Made by a program: the position numbers and the translations under genes | The notes under the pieces: generated by a model | Told to the model about the DNA's origin: nothing | What the model saw: only the letters and a program-made list of their open reading frames with translations | Database searches by the model: none | Source of the DNA: Rhina ancylostomus | Lineage: Eukaryota | NCBI GenBank assembly: GCA_030265395.1 | Contig: JARFYF010000060.1 | Location: 11,365,324-11,429,323 of the forward strand | Direction: 5' to 3' | DNA: 64,000 bases | Shown here: one piece after another, positions 12,031 to 25,262 of the stretch | How the letters are laid out: each line of letters opens with the position of its first letter | Position numbering within the stretch: the first letter of the stretch is position 1

Positions 12031-13804
12031 ATGGGTTTTGATTTGTGGGGTTTGGAAATTGTTAGGCTTGAGAATTTTGAGGAAATATCCTGAATTCTGG
12101 TGATAATATTACTTGTGACACATTCCCTTTATTGTTACTTGGGTTTGATGAGGGTTGACCTTGAGGTGCACTGGTGCATTGAGAGGATACGTCTTGACTG
12201 GTAGATATCTGAAATAATATGTTTCCATGGTTAGGTTTACACTACACCCATGAAAAGAGAGAGGTTTTTGTGCATGTAACTTTAAGAGCTATACTGGTCC
12301 ACTAAATCAAGTGGGTTGCATTCCTTTGCAACAGGCATGCCCATGAATCACTAAACTAAATCCTTCAGGATACTGAAGCTGGTCAATTTTTTAGTGGTAC
12401 CCCACACTAACTCACCAATTTGACCCACTGCACACAATTTGGCACAAAAGTTGAATATTGATAGCTGATACAAGTTGAAACTCTATGGTTTGGGAACTGA
12501 CCAGTGCCAGACCACAGAAAATTCAGACCACAGAAAGATCATCTTCCCCTGAAAAGGAGAACTGTTGTTTTTAAGTATTGATAATCTCAGGTCACGTAAG
12601 GGTTCTGAGAACTGTCCATAACCCAAAGTTTCCCTGAATCGGAAACCCTATTGGCTGAGATCACTATTGGTTGAGATCTCAAACGTTGCACTAATAGGTT
12701 AATTAGTACAAATCTTAGTTAATGATAGATCTTAGAATTAGTTAGCTAGTACAGATCTGTACTGCAGATTCAAAACATGGCTGACCATGGGAGTTGCTGG
12801 ACCGCAGAATATCAGATGAGAAAGATTCAAGTGTAATACATGAAAATGGCACAATAGCCCTTGGGCATTACATAACTGAGAATGTGGTTCAGATGCTGTG
12901 AAACAGAGTTCCTCTTTTTATGTTTGTTGGGATATTGCACATGTCAGTTTTTTATATATTTTCACTGAGCTCATAAACACTTTTTAGAAGGACGCATTCA
13001 TGGTAGAAATAACAAAGAGGACTTCTTTACGTATATATTAATGTGGCTATTCTCCAGAGAAGCCAGGTTACCTCACCTTTTTATTAGCCAAATACAAAAG
13101 TTTTAATCTGCTGTTTATCTATGACAAAGAAATAATGTGACATATATTTTGAAGTTACCAATAAATGACAGTCTGGCATAGTGGCTAAGTTTCCACACTG
13201 CAGTTCAGAAACTTGAACTAATGATCCAAATGCAGGAGTTCAAATCCCACCACAGCAATTGGAACATTTAAATAATGTTTAATAAGTAAATCAATAAATA
13301 AGTATGAGCAGCCTGCAGGCAAAGCAGTGATAAAGAATAGCTTAGTGGAGTGAGCAAGGACACAGACAATTCTGGCTGCTGAGGAGTCAGGTGGACAATT
13401 TGATGGGAGAGCTGATTGGGAAAAACTGGTGATATAGGCAATGAAATACTTGATGAAAAAGTAGGCATGCCAGAAAGCCAGCAAGGTCAAGTTCAGTTCT
13501 ATTCTTGAACAGGGCTTTGCCAAATGCATGGATCCTATCCTTTCCAGTATGGAAGTGGGGACATGTCTTATCGGCATAAGTGAGACTCAATCATCTTGCA
13601 GCATCAATGAGTTGTTGTGTCAGCTTCCATTGCAATAATCAATATCTGAGTGGAAAGCCAGAAATCTGTCAGGGCATCAAGGAAACTTAGTATATGGCCA
13701 TCATTGCTGTGGAATGTGGAAACCATTTTATAAAGGGACGTCTATACATTACAGCAGGCTCTGTTCTGAGAGTGCGATGAAGTGATGAAGTACAGGCTGA
13801 GGGC

Positions 13805-14005
13805 TAAAAGCTGAAATGCTGGAAACACTCAACAAGTCAGGCAACATCTGTGGTAAGACAGACAAAGGTTAATGTTTCTAATAGAGCATCTTTGACCTGG
13901 AACATTAACTCTGGTTCTCTTTCTACTAATGCTGACTGATCTGCCAGTATTTCCAGTATTTTCAATATTTCAGATTTTCAGTATCTGCATTTACTTTTTG
14001 ATTTT
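13805..14005. mobile_element. Degraded inverted pair of Penelope-type terminal repeats
   Basis: gctggaaacactcaacaagtcaggcaacatc...ggttaatgtttc versus aacattaactc...atgctgactgatctgccagtatttccag. Confidence 0.55.
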
Positions 14006-14944
14006 CATTTACTGCCTTAGGAAAAAGGCAGCGACTACCTTGAAGCATCAAAGTGGAATTGTGCAGGCATATAAGAGAGTAAAAATTGCAGATGATGGGG
14101 AGAGAACAAAGGCATAGAACTGATGGAGTTCCTCTACCAGGAACCAGCCATCTTCTGTGTTGTGTTGGTTCCATGATTCCATTATTCTCCACTCTGGGAT
14201 TCTTGATCACATCCCCTGCTACTCTAACAATGTTCATGCTCCTTACAACCAGCCAGCTGAAATGCCGCCTCTCTTAGCCCAGGGGTTTTGAAGTCATTCT
14301 TCAGAACCACTTAAAGCCTCTTCCACGCAAAGGCAGCTGCCTTCCCCAGCCCTGCTGCAGCCACTCAGGCTGCTTGGGGGCACTGAAACAGAGGAAAGTG
14401 CATGGAATACAGGCACGAAGAGAAGTGAGGTTTGCACAATGTTTAATGTGGATTGTTGCAGAAATATGATCGGGAAAGTTGATGTTGCCTTGGCTTTTAC
14501 TATAATATGGTCAAGCAATTACTGTGCATTCTAATAAATAGCAGAGGAAACAGGATACTGCTGTTAAATGGAGAACTAAAGTTGTATTCACGAGTGGTAG
14601 CGGCTGTTGCTTTAGTCAAAGCTGATCAGAAAGGATCTTTCAAAGTTTCCTTTCTCCACTACACTATTGCTCTGCATTAAGTTAGCAGCTTGGGCTGAAT
14701 CTACAGGGTTGCTAAATTGAACATCTTATATCAGGACAGAACAGATCTTGAGAACTGCTCCACTGACACTGCAGAGTTCCTTCAGAACTATCTTGTCCCA
14801 CAGCCTCGAGTTCAAACACTGGAACAGACCACGGTAAACCTCCAATTTTGAGGATAGGTTTCCCTTGTTAAGAGTTTACATAAAATGTTCTAATGGAGAA
14901 TGCAACAAGGAAATAACTTAAGGCATTAGCTGGAACAACACAAA

Positions 14945-15070
14945 AGGAGTCAAAGATGAAGGGTTTCAACCCAAAATGTTGACTGATCATTTCCCTTCCT
15001 GACCCACTGAGTTCCTTCAGCGCCTTTTGTGTTGCTCCAGATTCCAGCATCTGCATTCTCCTGGGTCTTT
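14945..15070 (+). mobile_element. Penelope-type terminal repeat with decayed hammerhead motif
   Basis: gatgaagggtttcaacccaaaatgttgactg...gagttccttcagc...ttgctccagattccagcatctgca. Confidence 0.65.
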
Positions 15071-16399
15071 GGCTTTGAGTTTTGTTTGTATTGCAAAGAA
15101 AGTTAGTCTTGGAAATCATATGACTTGTGGTCAGATAGGTCTAAGTGCATCTGAGGAGTCCCAGTGTGCGACCAGGCCTTGTCGAGTGGATCAGACAAAG
15201 GAAACATTGTATGAGCAAGCCAAAGGCCTGTGGAGGCCCTTCCTGTTGCTAAATGGTTGATCCTTTTTTGTGGTAAACGCGTGATGTTCGGTGCATCATT
15301 GAGCTTCAATCTCCCAGCACTGGCGTTAAATCAAGATCTGCCAAGGTTTCCCCTTAAGTCTGGAATCTTTATCAAATGAATAGGGACCTTCATCTAACAC
15401 TGGTGCAGGATCAACAACAAAATAACTCTAAGTGAGTTAAAGAATTAATATAAATTTAAGTGTCTTCTTTGCATCCTGGAGGGTCTTAGACCAACATTGA
15501 TAAAATGGATGTATGTTTAGTTCACAATTTTGATTTATTTCAGTGGTGACTGCTGCTTTAAATTGAAGGTTACCTTTTTTTTATAAAACAAAGTGAAATT
15601 AAAATGAGTAACACAATTTCTAGAAAATGCTTGCAAGGCAATTGGTATATTTAATATTACTGGCTGTGGAATTTGCAGAACTTTTCATAAATCAATACAA
15701 GAAATATGCCATTCCAATAGACTGGTGCAATTTCAGCTTTTGCCCCCTCTGAAAATGCTTCACAATATTTTTGTTGCAGTTATTTGTCTTTCACGTAGTA
15801 ATATTATATTACAAATGCATTTTAATTTGCCTACCTGACAAGTAATTTCTTGCATTTAGAATTATTTTGTTGTTTTCCTGCAATATGGTGTCATTAGATG
15901 AAAGATATCAAAATATTGTTTTTACTTTTACATTATGTCTCATTTAATAGATCTAAATATCCAATGCTTGAAAAATGGATTGCACCTATTTTCTGGATTT
16001 ACTGAAATGTTGTTGCATATAGCCTTGGAGACGAATTGGGTCCCCCTCAAAATAATTTACAAAATTGGCCAAGATCCAGTGTGAAACGGTGATATGGTGG
16101 TTTACACCAGAAATTAATGCTAGAACAGCACTAATATCTTAATGCAGTGACTGATATTTAGTACTAGTAACGCAAAGGAAATTCTCCCTTTTATGTTTTC
16201 AATATAATACAGTTCTGCAATAATTACTCCTATTATTAATAAGCTTCTACATTAAATATATGTATTGATTTGAAGTTCAACTTGTGTAACTTTTTCTGGT
16301 ATTAATATATTTGATCACATTGAAAAATTACTATTAATGAGCAAAATTTTATATTCATTGACTTATTTCATCTTTTATTTAATAGAAGTTTCACTGTTA

Positions 16400-16490
16400 A
16401 TGTCAAAGTTTGGAGCATCCATGAAAATGGGACTGAAATGTGATGTCATCATCTTCATTTTCTGCTTCAACCTGATCAGTCAGTCAACAG
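16400..16490 (+). CDS. Otoancorin-like coding exon 1, signal peptide (MSKFGASMKMGLKCDVIIFIFCFNLISQST); exon starts at 16386
   Basis: Acceptor tcttttatttaatAG at 16385, donor CAG|gtaaaa, phase 1. Hydrophobic core VIIFIFCFNLI. Best Kozak context is at ATG 16427 (aaaATGg). Confidence 0.8.
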
Positions 16491-16691
16491 GTAAAATATG
16501 ATATTTAACATGGGGAGTGTTGAGGACTTGGGATTTAACTGAGTTGTGACAGAGCTGTTTTTTTTGTTTGATAGTGCTAATCTTCCAAACCCTTTTTCAA
16601 TGTATTTCATTACATACATTGCACACCGCTACTCTGCTCAACTCAAGTACGTGTACAACAATGTGCAATTCAAATTGCTTTGAATGTTACT

Positions 16692-17020
16692 TGGGCAGCA
16701 AGGTAGTGCAGTGGGTAGTGTTGCTGTCTCACAGTTCCAATTACCATCTCACAGTTTACCCAAATCTCTGATACCATCTGTTTAGAATTTCTACACTGCC
16801 CCTGTGACTATATGTGTGTTTCCCCTGGAATCCTGCTGGTTATAAGATTAATTGGCAACTGTAAATTATCCCCAGATAGGTAGTGTCAGGGGAGTCAAGG
16901 TGGTAGGAGATAGAGCAACTTGCAGAGAAGTAGTGAGGAAATGGAACTGACGGGATTCCTCTGAAAATGCATCGACCCGATTGACCAATTGGTCTCCCTC
17001 TTGGTCATAAGAAAATATGA
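16692..17020 (+). mobile_element. Degraded tRNA-derived V-SINE-like element
   Basis: Head gggcagcaaggtagtgcagtgggtag and core taattggcaactgtaaatt. Confidence 0.55.
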
Positions 17021-17575
17021 AAACATGTACTTGAAATTCCTTGATTTATTGTGTTAGTTTGGGTGAGCTCTGCATGAGGAATTAGCAGAACCTAACAGCC
17101 TCTCGTATCTTGCATGTGTTTGTTTCTACACGGTTTGGGATTTTAATTTTGCTTTTACATAAAAAAAGACAATGTTTTTACTTCAGGCCCTTTAGCAAAA
17201 CAGTAGCCACTTAAACTGATCCAGGTTTAATTCAAAATCCCTGAACAGTCTTCCTTTAGTTCGAGAATATCTATTTTGACACCAGTAGAGGTTATCATTG
17301 ACATTGGTTTCTGGAGCTAAAATGCAGCTAACTGGAATAATATGGTGACTTTGACCCATGTCTTCAAGTAGTGTGTTATCATCCATCAAACTGCCACCGA
17401 ATGCTGTCTTTGTTACTTACCCTGTAGATTAGAAGATTAAAGAACCTTGGAATCTTTTCAACGTGTAACTCTGCAGACATGTTTATGTATTACTAATAGA
17501 TCAATGAACAACAGTGCATGAATAGCAACTGCATTCAAATTTTACTAACATTTGTATCCTGTTTGACATTCACAG

Positions 17576-17610
17576 TGGTTTCTCAAAGAAGTGGCAAAGG
17601 CTCAAAAGAG
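17576..17610 (+). CDS. Otoancorin-like coding exon 2, 35-nt micro-exon (VVSQRSGKGSKE)
   Basis: Perfect branch point TACTAAC at 17543-17549, acceptor cacAG, donor GAG|gtaaaa. Converts phase 1 to phase 0 as required. Confidence 0.75.
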
Positions 17611-18633
17611 GTAAAATAATTCACTCTAATTTTCATATTGTGTAAAGGAATGTTTGAAGAGAAGTGGGGCCTTTAATCCTAATGCATTCCAATTGTAATC
17701 CCCCTGAAGCTGCTTGCCTTGATTTTACTTGTGTTAAAGCTAGCTCGTGGAGTTCTGCTGGTATGGATCTCTCAATAAAAATGAATCACTGGATTGTCAA
17801 CAATACCAAACTCCTACATCAAACAATTCTGTTTGATGAGCAAGCAGAATTGGGAAAGCTTCCTTTTGCAAATCTGCTCATTGAATTTTGGCTCGAGGCA
17901 ACAACAAACACATTGTGTGAGTACTGCATTTCCAATCAGAGGTCTACCATTCCTGGATGAGACCACAGAGACTTGCATTTATATATCACCTTTAATGTGA
18001 CAAAATGTCCTGAAGATCTTCAACTGAGCCACATAGATTTTAGAGTCAAAAGGTTGGTCAAGGGAACAGGTTTTAAGAATCATCTTCAAGAAGTAAAACA
18101 GGGTTGAGACTAAAGAGGTTTGTTGAACTCCTTCCAGAGACTGGGACCTTGGTATCTGAAAATTTGGCTGTTTATAGTTGAGTAATTAAATCCAGGGGTG
18201 ATTAAGATCTGAGAATTGGAGAAAGTGCAGGTACCTTGAGGGATATGTGGCAGCGGAGATTGTAAGGACAGGGAGGAAAGAGAAATTAGAAAGCATGGGT
18301 GAGAATTTTAAAATCAAGGCATTCCCTAACCAGGAGCCATGTATATCAACAATGCAGGGGAATTGTCAGCGAATGGAACTGGGTATGAATAAGCCAAAGA
18401 CATAAGATTTTGGATGAAGAATACTTCCATCTCCCTTCTCTTTGCCCCTCCTGAAGAGCCAAACCATTTGTTTACTGAATCTTTTGAGGCCTCACAATGT
18501 CATCATTCTTCATGTATGAACTTGAATGGTATTCAGATATTGTTCACCCTGCTGGCTGATTCTGATCAGCCATGCCATTCAATCATATGAAATGGTAGTT
18601 CAAGTAACTGCATAGTGAAGCAGAAATAGGGAC

Positions 18634-18685
18634 TCTGGCTGATAGCGACTTGCCCAGATCCAGAGGCAAGTCGCTATCAGCCAGA
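18634..18685. repeat. Perfect 21-bp inverted repeat, 10-nt loop
   Basis: TCTGGCTGATAGCGACTTGCC (18634-18654) / GGCAAGTCGCTATCAGCCAGA (18665-18685). Confidence 0.95.
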
Positions 18686-19992
18686 TATACAGCTAAAGCA
18701 TCCCTATTGATGCATTGGGTGAAATTGCCCTGGATTAATGGTCAATCCTGGAATTTACTGCCCAATGTTTTAATTACATATTTGGTGTTTTGTTCATCTC
18801 TGAATCTTTAAGCGATCCTAAATCAATTATATTTTCAACAACATTAATTTATATTGCAGCAACTCTAATTTCTACTGCAAATTTAACATTGGCAAATATC
18901 CACAATTCATCACAAGGAATAATAAAGAATTAGACACTGAACCAAAGAAGGAGATAATATTTAATGTGATGAAATTCTAAGACAAATAAGTGAAGCTTAA
19001 AGAGGCTTTTAACACTGAATAATGAAATGGGAATTGGTTGTGGGATTCCAGATTGTGGAGAAAAGGCAGGTGTTGAAATAAATGAAAGGGCACAGCAAAG
19101 TCTGACTATGATGAGTCAAGGATGGTAGAATATCTGTTTTAAAGTTGAGCCTGGGGTGACATTCATGAGGATTTTATCATCAAATGGGCTTAGATGGGAT
19201 GGAGATGAGTGACATCATGGAGGTAGAAGTACATAACTTTGTGATCAAGAACATTTGACGTCAGAAGTCCTGCTCAAAAATGGAGGACGCTCTATAATTG
19301 TGAAGACTCTGGTTTAGCCTGAGACAGTGGCTGCGGTATAGAGGGTGTGATTGGATGGGTGGGGGTGATTGCAAAGAATGAGTCTTTGGGAGACTGAGGA
19401 TCAGTTAATGGAAGAGTTTGGAGCAGGGGGACAAAGATGGTGCCTTTGGTTTCCCAATGTGTGTTTGTTGCCCTCGTGAATATTTCAGATTGAAAATGCC
19501 TCCTTTAATGATTAAACCCTTCAAATGTATCACGGATGAAATAAAGGCATTGCATACAGTTACAGGCACTGCTTACAGTTAACAGAACAATTCAAAACTG
19601 TTGCAAGCATTTTGAGGGTTAATTATTGATGGAACCTGGAACTGTTGGTATTTTAACAGTAGTCTTGCACTTTGCTGTCAGATTGTGTTGATTATAATGT
19701 AATGATTGCAGTTTTGTAACAGTGAATAATCACTTGGTAATTACAGTGCTCATAAAGCCAGGAAAATTGCCTGCAAGCCTAATAAGATAATAATAGCATG
19801 CAATTCAAATCACCAATAGAGTTGTTAAAATGTGTGTGACTTTTTGTACGCAGAAAACGTAGCTCGATAGGTAACCTATAGCCATCACATTTCCTGTAAG
19901 GAAATAATTGTTTGAACACCCTGGACTTCAGGCTACATTCTTAGCAACAAATTCAGGTTACACGGTGTTGTATTTTTATGATTGTTACTCAG

Positions 19993-20067
19993 CAAAATGA
20001 ATGCTTGCAGACTTTCACAAAGGTTTCATTAAATGTTCTCAAGCAAGTCTCCTTGGTAACAGGGTTG
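19993..20067 (+). CDS. Candidate extra/cassette exon (QNECLQTFTKVSLNVLKQVSLVTGL)
   Basis: 75 nt, open, phase 0-0. T-rich acceptor ending ttactcAG and strong donor TTG|gtaagt. Not required for frame continuity. Confidence 0.5.
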
Positions 20068-21399
20068 GTAAGTACACTTCCTTACTGAATGCAGACAAGT
20101 GGAAAATATTCCTACCTAACTGCAGAAAAATCCTTTAAAACATTTAAAAAAATTGGTCTCTGATTTCACTGTGCAGAATGTACAGAGAATTTCCACCTCT
20201 CAAGAAGTTACCTGGTTAAATTCTACTCTGTGCTGAATTTGCTAAACTAGAGCAGTGGTGAATGAGCCTTCTTAATAATTCTACAATGTTAATTGGTAAT
20301 GAGTAAGGTCAGATGTTGTGGTTGAATATCTCACTGATATTCAAGCCAAGAAACTGATCTGTGCAACTTGCAAAAGAAACAGTTGTAAACCATATTAATG
20401 TGATCTGAACCAATTTTGCACATTTCTAAGTGAGTTAACACTTGGTGCACAATCTTTGGAAACCCGAGCACTGGTTTTCTGGGACCCAGCTTGTCCACTT
20501 GATATCACAGCAGTGCAAAATCCAAAATTCATTTCTGACAAGACCTTCAACCACATTGATGTGAATCACAACTGTTGTGGTTCACTTGCAAAAGAGCACA
20601 CTTTTAATAATGCTGAAGACTCAAACCAAATGATTTTTTAAAGGGTCAGATACATTCCTCCTGCAGTCATACACAGAGCTCTGTACAACTCCCTGCCACA
20701 ATGTTCAATCATACTGATTGAAACTGGAGTCCCAGTTACCACATTGCCAGGCAGTTTCAGCGGGTATCTCTTAAGTTTAACTGACAGATGGAGTGAGCCA
20801 CCTTCTCAAAATAGCACCAACGTGTGAATACCAAAGGGCAAGAAGAAAGAGTCCCAGGCAGGCTGGTCCTATCCTAAATTTAAGCGGCAGAAATTTCCAG
20901 AAGAAATCTTGTGAAAGGACAGATGGTTCCATGTTCATCAGATCAGAAGTAAGTGCAAAAAGTACAGGAGAAAGACATCTGGCAGAAGGGATGGCACAAG
21001 AACCTGTCCACTTTTCCTCACAGCTCTGACCTCAAGAAGGAGCCCTGAGAAGGTCTCATCACAATGCAACCTGGGTTCTTTTATTCACTGAGGTGTTGGC
21101 AAGGAAAGGGTGCGTGCTACAGGGAAGGAGGAGGTGGTGGCAGAGTCCTTCTGACGGGGACAGAGGAGCTTGCACAAACTTCAAAAAAGTAGTGCACAAA
21201 GAGGCAGCTTCCACGTGCAAATGTTTTTTTATATAGTAGTAAGTTACCATGAAGACCTCCAAAGGCTTTAGTTCCTTCCATGAATTCCTGTTCTTTTGGG
21301 ACCCATGCAGTTCTGCCAAATGCTCATGGCAGGTGTGAATGCAAACACTGAATGAACCATTATCAATGGATCCCCACTTTAGCAGCAGAGTTAATCTTG

Positions 21400-22410
21400 A
21401 CTTCCGCAGTGCAGTAGAGAGCAGCAAAGTGTCATGCATCCAGTAAGGTCATCCAAACCTCAGTAGTCGAGTGGTGGCATGCAGACAATGCTGTGGCGGC
21501 GCACATTTGGAGGCTGAACTCAAGCCATCATGGACTCATTTTATGAAGTATATAACAAGATATGCCTTGTAGTCAATGACCACAAGAGAGAGGTCCTCCA
21601 CCAACCTGCCCCTGATATGCCACGTGCCCTCCAACAGTAAAGGTTCACAGTGAGGTGCTGGAAAATGTGCACCATTTCCCAGATTTCACGAGCCAAATCT
21701 CAGAAACGGCAGAGATAGATGATGAAATTCACCACTGCCTTCAATGCACCAGCAAAACATTTGCTCAGTTGAGAAAAAGACAATAAGAAGATCAAGATCT
21801 TAGAGCTGGCACAACGCTCACAGTGTAGCAGACAGCAGTACACCCGGCTCTGTCTCCTTCCAGGTCTTGAACCACCTACATTAGTTATTCCAAAGTATTG
21901 GAAAAGTACCACTAATGCTGTCTCCACAAAATCCTGCAAATTCATTGGAAGGATAAGCAAATCAATGTCAGTGTCCTCTTCCAGGCTAACACCCCCCAAG
22001 TACTGAGGTCCCAGTTAGAGTCAGTCTATTGGGTGTTCACATACCCAGGCTCCTGAAACAGGCATTCTATTCTCAGCTCTGTTGTGGGATGAGATAACAA
22101 GGCAGACAGAGGAAAATATTTGATTAAGTGTTCAAATCCTCCTTGAAGAAATGGAAATATCTCCACTGACTCTACTGAACCCCTGGCTCATGACCACACA
22201 AATTGGAAAAGAAGCATCTGGAAACCTCAAGTCCATGCCAAGTAAAAGCAACAGAAGGAGTGCACCATTTCACTAACTACACACCTGTCTGCACCTCCCG
22301 ACCCATCTGTGGAAGAGTGTACAGGTCCTAAAGTAACCTCATTTGCAATCGTAGAATCCACAATACTGGACCTAAGTCATCTTCAAACCCGAGGGACTGC
22401 CTGAAATGAA
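21400..22410 (+). mobile_element. RTE-clade LINE 3' fragment, degraded
   Basis: EKYH..CLHKILQIHWKDKQINVSVL and a terminal C-x2-C...H zinc-knuckle-like remnant. Confidence 0.7.
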
Positions 22411-22865
22411 GATCTCAGCAGAGACAGTCCACGAGGTTCCTGAAGCAAGGTTTCTGAGAGTGAAGGTGACCCTAATGTTGACATGAGAGCCGTTCCTATT
22501 TGAGATTTGACCAGCAGGCTAATTGGATCATGATGTGACTCTTTAAGGGCCACTTCATGAGGTTAGAGAGATGAAGAAAGTTATTAATAATGTGGGAAAC
22601 TTGACTCCTAATTCCCACTGCTCCCAAAATGTTACATGAGCCCACCAGCGCTGTTCTAAAACTTGTACTAACAAATTTCATGGTTTAATTTTGAGGCTTT
22701 TTGAAACAGTTGTTAAGTTCATTTTAGCACCAGAAAAATGATTGGAAAGTNNNNNNNNNNNNNNNNNNNNNNNNNNNNNNNNNNNNNNNNNNNNNNNNNN
22801 NNNNNNNNNNNNNNNNNNNNNNNNNNNNNNNNNNNNNNNNNNNNNNNNNNNNNNNNNNNNNNNNN

Positions 22866-23120
22866 TGAGTCTCCCCCCACCCCCACCCTCCTACCTTCTC
22901 CCTCACCTGAACTCACCTATCACCTGCCTGCATGTACTCCTCCCCTGACCCACTTATTCCGGCCTCTGCCCTCTTCCTTTCCAGTTCTGATGAAGGGTCT
23001 CCGCCCGAAACAGTGACTGTTTATTTCCCTCTGTTGATGCTGGCTGACCTGCTGAGTTCTTCCAGCATTTTGTGTGTGCTGCTCCAGATTCCAACATCTG
23101 CAGAAACTCTTGTGTCACAG
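22866..23120 (+). mobile_element. Penelope-like element 3' end with hammerhead motif
   Basis: C-rich tract, then cagttCTGATGAagggtctccgcccGAAAcagtgactg and the gatgctggctgacctgctgagttcttccagc tail. Confidence 0.8.
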
Positions 23121-23477
23121 AGAAATGACGAGAGCCTAATGCACTAGGTTCTTGGGGCCTAAAAGCAGACAGGCAGTTGTGTCCAAGAATTGGCACATTT
23201 GAGATTAAAAAAACAGGAAAATGTTGTTGCATCATCAAAGAGTTAACTGCTAATTAGAAAGAACAATACACCATGGGATGAACTTACTCTGGGGTATCCT
23301 GCTGTGGATTTGGCAAAATCTAATTAAAATAGTTCAGATACTTGCAGCAATTGCTTGGGTAGAAGGTTACAGTGAATCTCGGACAAACCATCTAACGATG
23401 AGATATTTTCCTTCCTCTGAATTTCCAAAGATATTTGAAATTGTTCTATTTAACGTTTTGTGCATTCTAAATTGTAG

Positions 23478-23644
23478 AGATCGGGCCAATGTCACGGATG
23501 GGAGAAGGACCTAAGGAACAACCTCAGTGCTCCGGGAAATATCACGGAATTTCTTGAAAACCTTAATGAATCTATCAGCACTCTGAATCCAGGCTGCGTC
23601 AAATCATTCAGTCTTAATATTAATCATTCCAGTCTGATGGAACT
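23478..23644 (+). CDS. Otoancorin-like coding exon 3 (RSGQCHGWEKDLR...NHSSLMEL)
   Basis: ttgtAG acceptor, CT|gtaagt donor, phase 0 to 2, open frame with four N-x-S/T sites. Confidence 0.85.
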
Positions 23645-24599
23645 GTAAGTGTAGCAGGACTCTCTCCAATGAAATGCTTTTAAATTCATGACAATGCATA
23701 ATTATTTAAAACAATGATATTTTAAAATATTATCATTGTCTTGCTCTTTTTCTCTGCCTTGTAAATTCCTCAAACCCATGTGTCTTTATTATCAAAGATT
23801 GTAGGTTGGATGGGATGAATATGATGAAAATTTGGGGGGTCTGGTGAAATGTCCTTGGTTCTTGTTTTGCCTCCTCGTTAATGGTTTGCAACCCAGCTGG
23901 TTGAGTGATGTGACCTGCTGTGCCCTCAATCACAATCAATGCACTCCCAAGGCCTCTTCTATCCCAAGAAGCGAAGATGGCACCAGCTGGCCAATAAATA
24001 TTAGGAAAACAGCCAATGTGGAAACAAATCCTTGCACGAATTCCCAATTCACTCCACTTGTGGAAATCAACATAGATGGGGAAAAAAAAATTTATGATCA
24101 CCATGTTTACTCCCACGGAACTCCCAGGAACTGTGGGTCCCAGTCTGAAACCAACCTGTTGCGTTAAATGATCTGCTCCATGCAGTTTCATTGTTCAGAG
24201 GACAGATATGCTGGCAGGGACTTTGATCGCAATGTGTGCTAATATGTGGTCCACTGCCACTAGCCACTCATACCTGGGCCAGGTAAAGAAAGCCAGGCAA
24301 ATAGATCCTTCATATTGGGAGGTGTGGGGCAAAGTGCGCGGCCTCAACAGTGATTGGGCTTTAGACGATCACTGCTGAAGTTCCCTCTCAGACTATGGGC
24401 AGAGTCTTGCCTCCTGTCAAAACTGAGAAGCATATTTAACAGTTTTCAAATGTCTATCATTGCTATAAATGAATAAAACAAATAAATGTTTTAAATGTAC
24501 TTANNNNNNNNNNNNNNNNNNNNNNNNNNNNNNNNNNNNNNNNNNNNNNNNNNNNNNNNNNNNNNNNNNNNNNNNNNNNNNNNNNNNNNNNNNNNNNNN

Positions 24600-24885
24600 A
24601 TCCTGACCTCAGGTGCTGTCTGTGTGGAGTTTGCTCCTTCTCCCTGTGGCCGTGTGGATTTGCTCCTGGTGCTCCATTTTCCTCCCACATCCCAGAGACG
24701 TGCGAGTCGGTAGGTTAATCGCCGCTGTAAATTGCTCCTAATGTGCAGGTGAGTGATAGAACCTGGGAGGAGATGAGAATGTGGGGAGAAGAAAAATGGG
24801 ACTAATGTCAGAATGAGTGCAAATGGGTGGTCTGTGCTGAGTCAGTGGCTGAAGGGTCTGCTTCCGTGCTGTTTGTCTCAATGAT
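24600..24885 (+). mobile_element. V-SINE/HE1-like SINE
   Basis: V-domain-like core tgtgtggagtttgctccttctccctgtg...ttttcctcccacatccc. Confidence 0.8.
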
Positions 24886-25262
24886 CATTAGACAGATTAA
24901 CTTCCATTTTCCCTTTTATTCCTTGGAAATCATCATTCAAGTCAATGGAGTTTCCGACCCGATGAAATCCCTGGTTGACGTATATTCAGAGAGGTGGATT
25001 CCCCATTTTAATGCTGGTGAACCTCAACATTTGTGCAGACTCCAGCGACAGAATGGTGTGAAGGGTGCATCAGCATTTAATGATTGGTTAAGTCTTGTTG
25101 TGTAGGGAATGTGATCTTCCTTCCTTGTATCATCACTGATTACACTCATTTTTCATATATATATATTTTTTTAAATATTGCCTTCCTAAATAATTAAGCA
25201 AAGTGGTTTAATTTGTTTTTACTGTGTTTTTATGCTGTACACTGATTAACTTTTCATTGCAG

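Noticed and set aside
23733-24267. Overlapping 152-aa and 111-aa ORFs
   Set aside because: No recognisable domain, no fitting splice sites, and the flanking exons already join in phase.
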